Shown in pieces: positions 58,133 to 64,000 of a DNA stretch of 64,000 nucleotides. The notes beneath the pieces were generated by a model. The model ran no database searches. It was not told the DNA's origin and saw only the letters and a list, made by a program, of their open reading frames with translations. A program made the translations under genes and the position numbers. Each line of letters opens with the position of its first letter. The stretch's first letter is position 1. This DNA is from an uncultured Gammaproteobacteria bacterium. GTDB taxonomy: Bacteria > Patescibacteriota > Microgenomatia > UBA8517. The DNA lies in the NCBI GenBank assembly GCA_964587425.1, contig CAZPLB010000001.1:30545-94544 (forward strand), in the 5' to 3' direction.

Positions 58133-58848
58133 TGTTAACTATAAAAAATCTATCAAAAACGTTTATTTTGGATACAGAGAAAATTGCTGCTTTAAATGAC
58201 GTAAATTTCAACGTAGACAAAGGTGAGTTTTTTACAGTTATTGGTCCATCTGGCTGCGGAAAATCTACACTACTTAGAATTATTGCAAATTTGGATACTC
58301 CAACAAATGGAGAGGTTGTTTGGGAGGAAAAACCAACTATTGGCTTCGTTTTCCAACATTTTGCTCTTTTCCCATATCTTGATGTCTTTGAAAATGTAGA
58401 ATTTGGTTTAAAAATGCAGGGAGTTAAAAAAGATAAAAGAGTAACAATTGTTGATGAACTTCTTGAAGAAGTTGGTTTAACGGAATTTAGAAAAAAACAT
58501 CCGCAAGAATTATCAGGTGGAATGAAACAGAGAGTTGGAATTGCCCGGAGTCTGGCAGTTAGTCCAACCGTACTTCTTTTAGATGAGCCTTTCTCTTCCT
58601 TGGATGAACTTACCGCTGAAAATCTTAGAAATTTATTACTAGATATCTGGGAGAGAAGAAAAATTACAATAATTCTAGTTACACATTTAATACGTGAAGC
58701 CCTACAATTATCAGATAAAATAGCAGTTATGACTCCTGCTCCTGGCAGTATTGAAAGAATTTTGGACAACAATCTTTCTAGACCTAGAAATATGAGATCA
58801 AAAAACTTTTTTGAATTTGAGGACAAACTAAATCTACTACTGAAATAA
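58132..58848 (+). CDS. nitrate/sulfonate-type ABC transporter ATP-binding protein
   Basis: GPSGCGKS, LSGGMKQR, DEPF..LD, VTH. Confidence 0.9.
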   Translation: MLTIKNLSKTFILDTEKIAALNDVNFNVDKGEFFTVIGPSGCGKSTLLRIIANLDTPTNGEVVWEEKPTIGFVFQHFALFPYLDVFENVEFGLKMQGVKKDKRVTIVDELLEEVGLTEFRKKHPQELSGGMKQRVGIARSLAVSPTVLLLDEPFSSLDELTAENLRNLLLDIWERRKITIILVTHLIREALQLSDKIAVMTPAPGSIERILDNNLSRPRNMRSKNFFEFEDKLNLLLK

Positions 58849-58883
58849 TTTGTTTCGCCTGACCAGAAAAATTAGAACTTATT

Positions 58884-59483
58884 TTATATTAATGAGCCTG
58901 TTTTGACTTCACCAGCACGTTTGAATGAAGCAATTATTACACCACTTGGAGAAGTTTTAGATTCTATTAATTTAAAGGCTTTCGGAATAGTACCACTCTC
59001 GAACAAACGTTTCCCCTTTCCAAGAGTTATGGGGAAAATCTTTAGCCAAAGTTCATCAACTAAATCATTTTTCAGAAGTGTTTGGACTAAATTTCCACTA
59101 CCATAGACTTGCATATCTGGACCACTCTGGCTTTTGAGTTTTTTTAACTCTTCAACTACATTCTCGTTTATGAATACAGAGTTACTCCATTCGTGTTTTT
59201 TAAGCGAGTTTGAAACAACATACTTTGTAGCACTGTTAACTCCATGCCATTCATCTTCATGCTTGGGCCAATATGAAGCAAAAATTTCAAATGTTTTCCT
59301 TCCCAGAAGCAGGCTGAATGGTTCTCTCATCTGCTCTGCCATAATTTTCCCTGCAAAATCGTCAAAGTAAGGAGCAGTCCAGCCCCCATATTTAAAACCA
59401 CCTGAGGCATCTTCTTCTGGACCACCGGGAGCTTGGATGACACCATCAAGGGTTATAAATTCAAGAACATTAATCTTTCTCAT
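58884..59483 (-). CDS. dihydrofolate reductase / RibD C-terminal family protein
   Basis: TLDGVIQAPGG..ED, LLGRKTFE, GSG.L, LG.GKRLF. Confidence 0.88.
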   Translation of the reverse strand: MRKINVLEFITLDGVIQAPGGPEEDASGGFKYGGWTAPYFDDFAGKIMAEQMREPFSLLLGRKTFEIFASYWPKHEDEWHGVNSATKYVVSNSLKKHEWSNSVFINENVVEELKKLKSQSGPDMQVYGSGNLVQTLLKNDLVDELWLKIFPITLGKGKRLFESGTIPKAFKLIESKTSPSGVIIASFKRAGEVKTGSLI

Positions 59484-59523
59484 ATTTTAATTATATCAGA
59501 GGTGTGCAGGAAGATTGGCTCCA

Positions 59524-60150
59524 TTAATAACTAATAGTTACAATTTTATTTATTAAATTTTTATTATCAATATTTTTTAATAAAAAATCTGCGACATCGG
59601 CACGAGATATTTTTGAAAATAAACCAATTGGAAGATTTTCTCCCATGTTGTATCTTTCAGTTTTTGAGGTATTTACTAAACGAGCTGGGTGGACAATTGT
59701 CCACTTTAAACTACTTCCTTTAATCAAGTTTTCTTGTTTGGGAATATCTATAAAGAGATTTTTTAACACAGTTCTAAGGATTAATTTTTCAGGTAGAAAT
59801 ATGTTTTCGTTTACTCCAAAGGATGCAACAAAGAGGAGTCTTTCTACTTTGTGCTTCTTCATGGCTGAAATAATGTTTTTAAGCCCATCGGAGACGGTAG
59901 TAATTGGCTTTGAGAAGGCTTGAGAGGTTTTATTTCCTAATACGCTTATCACAACATCTTGACCTTTCACTGCGTTTTCAACGTCTTTTGGATTTAAAAT
60001 ATCTCCCTTCACAACCAAAAGCTTTTTGTTTTCGATCTTTAAGTTAGCAGGGTTTCTAACAAAAGCAGTAATACCATAGCCCATTTTCAACCCTTGATTT
60101 ACTAAATGTACTCCCGTCCCTCCTGTTGCTCCAAAAATAAGAACTTTCAT
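59524..60150 (-). CDS. NAD(P)H-binding SDR (flavin/biliverdin-IXb reductase-like)
   Basis: IFGATGGTG, VRNP, ISRADVA. Confidence 0.88.
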   Translation of the reverse strand: MKVLIFGATGGTGVHLVNQGLKMGYGITAFVRNPANLKIENKKLLVVKGDILNPKDVENAVKGQDVVISVLGNKTSQAFSKPITTVSDGLKNIISAMKKHKVERLLFVASFGVNENIFLPEKLILRTVLKNLFIDIPKQENLIKGSSLKWTIVHPARLVNTSKTERYNMGENLPIGLFSKISRADVADFLLKNIDNKNLINKIVTISY

Positions 60151-60239
60151 TGTTCTATTGTATCAATAAATTCAAAAACATTTTATATGAAGTACTGGCT
60201 CGCTTACTGGGATGATTTTAGGGCTTATTACCTATATTA

Positions 60240-60803
60240 CTAGCGGACTATTTTTGCTTTTGGCCATCTTTCAGCAATATGTTTATTTTCAACTCTCCAT
60301 TCAAATACTTTCTCAGTAATTCTGTCTCCTTCTATGTTTCTTCTGAAAACCATGTCCAACAAATCATCAATGTCGTAAGGAGCATATATTAATAATTGGT
60401 TGTCATTCTGAAGTCTTATCCCAATGCAAGAACATATCTCTGGCCAGTTATCAATATCTTCTTCTGAAGAATTTAGTGGTTTTCTATCTATTCCTTTCTT
60501 CTCTTTGTACCATTTATGAACAATGGCTGAATTTTTAAAATCCCACTCAACATTGGGTATAGAGTTCTCTAGAAATTGCCTTACTTCTTGTTCTTGTATT
60601 TCTTCTGAGGAGAAATAAACTAAATCAATATCTCTAATAGGTGTCTTACCTGGAGTTCCATGGAGATAATCCCAAACAGAATTTCTTACTATTCCTGCTC
60701 CTATATACCAATTTGGCAAATTTGCAGATCTGGCAATTTCCAAGACGTGCATTAACTGAGTATCTTGGCGAATGATATCAATGAGTTCTTGCTCTCGTCT
60801 CAT
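60240..60803 (-). CDS. DUF925-family nucleotidyltransferase-like protein
   Basis: AG.VRN.VWD, DIDLVYF, W..KN, WPE, APY; ATG 60803 follows TGTTATAAT. Confidence 0.85.
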   Translation of the reverse strand: MRREQELIDIIRQDTQLMHVLEIARSANLPNWYIGAGIVRNSVWDYLHGTPGKTPIRDIDLVYFSSEEIQEQEVRQFLENSIPNVEWDFKNSAIVHKWYKEKKGIDRKPLNSSEEDIDNWPEICSCIGIRLQNDNQLLIYAPYDIDDLLDMVFRRNIEGDRITEKVFEWRVENKHIAERWPKAKIVR

Positions 60804-60937
60804 TGCCGAAATTATAACAGGTTCTATCGTCCTACTCTGGGTAATCAAAAACTGAAGCTAAAAATGACTGGCTCCACCTGGTGGATGAAGTCAGAACTTA
60901 TTTTGCAATTTAAAATATAAATATATAACATTGCACT

Positions 60938-61525
60938 ATGGTGGATAGAAAAATAGGTTTTATAAGTCAACTCGAAGAAATAATGACAGGTCTTCCCTTT
61001 GAAAAATGTACTTTTGTGACTGAATCAATTACTGGAGATAAAGGATGGTATGCCCCAAAAGGTTACGCTTTTAAAATTTCAGGGCAATTTATTCTAGGCT
61101 GTGATCAATCTTTAGGTAATTGGGATGTCGTGATACCTTCTGCAAGTGTAGATTTGTTGAAAGAAAATAACGAAGAACCATCCGAAGAAGTTGGTACTCC
61201 ACCAACAGAATTTACAGGAAAATGGTTGTATATAGATATATATGAACGTGGAGTACAACTCTACGTCAAACAAAATAAAAATTTCTATTTTGAAAATGGA
61301 AAAGGTTGGTTGACTGAAATAGATGGATATTACTTTTCTACACAAGGAGTTCCTGAGATGAACTCAGTTGAATGGGAACAAAATTATGCTCAAGGAATGA
61401 TTGGTTTTTGCAGCATTGAACTTGTCGAGTGTGAAGAACAAGAACCACAGTTATATACACCTTTGGAAAATCATACAGAAGACAGTCTTACGTTACCGAG
61501 TATCTCCAAGAAATATAGTATATAA
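60938..61525 (+). CDS. hypothetical protein
   Basis: 195-aa ORF whose stop abuts the tRNA-Asn 3' end. Confidence 0.6.
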   Translation: MVDRKIGFISQLEEIMTGLPFEKCTFVTESITGDKGWYAPKGYAFKISGQFILGCDQSLGNWDVVIPSASVDLLKENNEEPSEEVGTPPTEFTGKWLYIDIYERGVQLYVKQNKNFYFENGKGWLTEIDGYYFSTQGVPEMNSVEWEQNYAQGMIGFCSIELVECEEQEPQLYTPLENHTEDSLTLPSISKKYSI

Positions 61526-61526
61526 C

Positions 61527-61788
61527 TGGCTCCCCGGGTAGGATTCGAACCTACGACCTCGATCTTACAGAAATCCTCTTGTTACCAAGAGGGCTGGACT
61601 ATTTCATCATCCTTTTCAGGATGTCGGGTATATAGTCTCTACACATTTACCAAGATATCTTGGATTTAGCTCGAGATTGTCCTTTTTTTGAAAGGAGTTC
61701 CTCGAATTAGCCCAATTTTCATCCTGGTGTTACCACCAAGAGCTGCCTTACTCAACAGGATCTCGCGCTACCGCTGCGCCACCGGGGA
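61527..61788 (-). tRNA. tRNA-Asn(GUU), intron-containing (exons 61788-61755 and 61567-61527)
   Basis: 5' exon TCCCCGGTGGCGCAGCGGTAGCGCGAGATCCTGT + 3' exon TAAGATCGAGGTCGTAGGTTCGAATCCTACCCGGGGAGCCA gives a 75-nt cloverleaf with loop CTGTTAA and G73. Confidence 0.92.
61568..61754 (-). ncRNA. group I self-splicing intron (187 nt, no ORF)
   Basis: P1 CUGU/GCAG with U-G at the 5' splice site; P7 GACUA/UAGUC; P8 CAUCC-UGAAAA-GGAUG; P9 CCUCUUG-GUAA-CAAGAGG; terminal omega-G. Confidence 0.9.
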
Positions 61789-61827
61789 ATGTATGTAAAG
61801 GAACAAGGCTATTATACCAATTGGAGT

Positions 61828-62910
61828 CTAGATATCCAAGTAGGCTTGAAGGATTTTTCTCCTTGAAGGGTGTTTTAATTTTCTGAGTGCTTTTGCCTCA
61901 ATTTGTCTTATGCGTTCTCTTGTTACACCAAATATCTTACCAACATCTTCTAAGGTGTGTGGCTGGTCTCCTTTGAGGCCAAATCTAAGTCCTAGAACTT
62001 TTGCTTCTCTTTCTGAAAGAGTTGAAAGGAGTTCTCCAAGGTCATCTCTTAATAATTCTTTTGATGCTTGGTCAACTGGTGAGAGAACTTTGTCATCTTC
62101 TATAAAATCACCTAATTGGCTGTCATCTTCCTCCCCTACTGGCTTTTGAAGAGATGTGGTTTCTTGCGAGATTTTAAATATTTCTCTTACTCTGTCTCCA
62201 GTAATCCCTAACTCATCCCCAATTTGTTCTGGAGTTGGTTCGTGACCCAATTCCTGCATTAATCTCTGGCTGGTTCTATAAATTTTATTTATGGTCTCAA
62301 CCATGTGGACCGGGATCCTGATGGTCCTTGCCTGGTCTGCTATGGCTCTAGTTATGGCCTGCCTAATCCACCAGGTTGCATATGTAGAAAATTTGAAGCC
62401 TCTTCTCCAATCATATTTTTCAACTGCGCGAATAAGTCCTTGGTTTCCTTCTTGGATTAGATCAAGGAGTGAGAGACCTCGACCAATGTACTTTTTTGCA
62501 ATTGAAACAACTAACCTCAAGTTTGACTGGGTCAGTTTGTCTTTTGCTCTTTTTTCTTTTTTCTCAAATCTCTTGGCGAGCTCTATTTCTTCTTCAGCAT
62601 CCAATAGCGGGAACTTGCCAATCTCCCTTAGGTATTGCCTTACGGGGTCTGTTGACTCGGCACTTCCTTCTAATTTTGAAAGGAGTTCTATTTGGCGCTC
62701 TATATCTTCATCTGGGGAAACTCCATCTTCTTCATCTTCACCAACGGACTCAAAAACATCAATTCCCTCTTCCAAAAGTTTGGCATATAGTTCATCTAAT
62801 TCTGTGAGTCTTGTTTCAGCATCTGTGAAGACTTCAAGTATTTCATCTTGAGTTAGAAAGCCTTGGTCTTTGCCCTTTTTGATTAGTTCAAGGGTAATAT
62901 TTCGAAGCAT
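61828..62910 (-). CDS. rpoD: RNA polymerase primary sigma factor
   Basis: [45 protein letters not shown]. Confidence 0.97.
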   Translation of the reverse strand: MLRNITLELIKKGKDQGFLTQDEILEVFTDAETRLTELDELYAKLLEEGIDVFESVGEDEEDGVSPDEDIERQIELLSKLEGSAESTDPVRQYLREIGKFPLLDAEEEIELAKRFEKKEKRAKDKLTQSNLRLVVSIAKKYIGRGLSLLDLIQEGNQGLIRAVEKYDWRRGFKFSTYATWWIRQAITRAIADQARTIRIPVHMVETINKIYRTSQRLMQELGHEPTPEQIGDELGITGDRVREIFKISQETTSLQKPVGEEDDSQLGDFIEDDKVLSPVDQASKELLRDDLGELLSTLSEREAKVLGLRFGLKGDQPHTLEDVGKIFGVTRERIRQIEAKALRKLKHPSRRKILQAYLDI

Positions 62911-62925
62911 GCCCCAATTATACGA

Positions 62926-64000
62926 CTAAATCTTCATTTTTGAAATGGCCTCAAGTTTTTGGCTTAATTTGGTGAATTCGAGCTTGACTGAACGCTTCCC
63001 TATTTGAGGCGAGAGGGCTGCCATTTTTTCTCTAATATCTAAAGATTGGAGCTCGTGCATTGTTTCATTTATTTCATCTTTTGATACTTCCTCTATTGAA
63101 TTACTTAATATTATTTCAGCCAATTTTTCTTTTAATTCCTGGGGTAAATCTTCAACATTCTCAAATTCAAGAACCTTCTTAAGAAATGAGTTTTTGATTA
63201 ATTCCCTTACTTTTGGATCTACCATTAACTTTTTTTCTTTGGCAAAAATTAAACCTATTAATCTTTCTTCAAGAAGGGTTCTTCTCCCTCTTTTTTCTTC
63301 AATTACCTCTTTTACTTCTTGTTTTCCATCCACTCTTTCTCTTTTTTTCTCTACTTCCTCCTCAACTGCTGTCTCATCAACATCGAGGATTCGAGCAAGC
63401 TTTTTAATATAGTGGGCTTCTATAATTTTGTCTTGAATGGTTCCAAGAATGGGAGTTAGTTCCCTACTTATTTTTGCTTTACCACCACCTGTAGATTTAT
63501 CGTACTTTGCGACTATTGAATCTATTATAAAGTCCCAAACTGGGACAGCATCTTGAAGGGCACTTTGGTAGAACTTTGAATCTGCCCTTGAGGCTTCATC
63601 TGGATCCTTGAATCTTCCAAACTTGGCAACTTTTGTTTCAACTCCAGCGTTTTCAAGAATTGAAATACCTCGAAGAGTTGCCTGGCCTCCTGCAAAATCT
63701 GAGTCGAGGGCTAGAATCACTTCTTTTGTGAAACGGCTTAAAAGTGAAACTTGCTCTTCGGTAACTGCAGAACCCTTGATTGCGACTACATTTTTTACAC
63801 CATTTTGATATGACGAAATGAGGTCTAGTTCGCCTTCAACAACAATTGCCTTACCTTCTTTTTTGATAAAATCCTTGGTTATGTTAAGTCCATAAAGTGA
63901 CTGACTTTTGTGATAAATGGGTGTTTCTGGGGAATTTATATACTTACCAACGTTTTTCTTTTCTGGGGGCAGTAGTCTTCCGGCGAGTGCTACCACTTGT
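62926..64000 (-). CDS. dnaG: DNA primase (partial; N-terminus beyond window)
   Basis: GR..., KYINSPET, VVEG..D, LALDSD.AG, KDPD; upstream of rpoD. Confidence 0.95.
   Translation of the reverse strand, partial: QVVALAGRLLPPEKKNVGKYINSPETPIYHKSQSLYGLNITKDFIKKEGKAIVVEGELDLISSYQNGVKNVVAIKGSAVTEEQVSLLSRFTKEVILALDSDFAGGQATLRGISILENAGVETKVAKFGRFKDPDEASRADSKFYQSALQDAVPVWDFIIDSIVAKYDKSTGGGKAKISRELTPILGTIQDKIIEAHYIKKLARILDVDETAVEEEVEKKRERVDGKQEVKEVIEEKRGRRTLLEERLIGLIFAKEKKLMVDPKVRELIKNSFLKKVLEFENVEDLPQELKEKLAEIILSNSIEEVSKDEINETMHELQSLDIREKMAALSPQIGKRSVKLEFTKLSQKLEAISKMKI

Larger units (their letters stand above)
56525..60913 (+). repeat. dispersed degenerate att-like repeats (tRNA-Asn 3'-end core plus conserved arm)
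   Basis: Cores at 60869, 60196, 59516 (TGGCTC) and 56535 (TGGCGC); arm copies at 58850 and 57335 (AGAACTTATTTT / AAAACCTATTTT). Confidence 0.6.

Noticed and set aside
58068-58826. 252-aa minus-strand ORF
   Set aside because: Antisense shadow of the ABC ATPase.
55235-61537. CRISPR array or classical integron attC sites
   Set aside because: Repeats are degenerate, gene-spaced and not palindromic; no attC-like hairpins with RYYYAAC/GTTRRRY ends, and no cas or intI gene seen.
62291-62851. 186-aa plus-strand ORF
   Set aside because: Antisense shadow of rpoD.

Overview
Low-GC, gene-dense bacterial chromosome segment. It most resembles a Patescibacteria/CPR genome (Microgenomates-like). This is an inference from leaderless genes, a stand-alone VirB4/TrwB-like ATPase, DUF5667, two tandem class A PBPs, archaeal-type TPI and tRNA-Ile(UAU). 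Left to right it carries: a Xer-type recombinase, tRNA-Ile(UAU), PduO plus a B12-dependent ribonucleotide reductase with a 365-aa LAGLIDADG intein at its catalytic Cys, PBPs, and a glycolysis/non-oxidative pentose-phosphate cluster (about 18-31 kb). Next comes a long accessory stretch with four toxin-antitoxin pairs, metal transport, redox and repair genes. It ends with a tRNA-Asn(GUU) split by a 187-nt group I intron, then rpoD and dnaG. The most striking unexplained structure lies downstream of tRNA-Asn. Degenerate copies of its 3' end (TGGCTC core plus a conserved WLxxxDxxRTYF-encoding arm) recur between unrelated single genes, with four consecutive units of 658-680 bp. This suggests an integron-like, tRNA-anchored gene-cassette array. 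All calls come from reading motifs by eye; no database searches were run.
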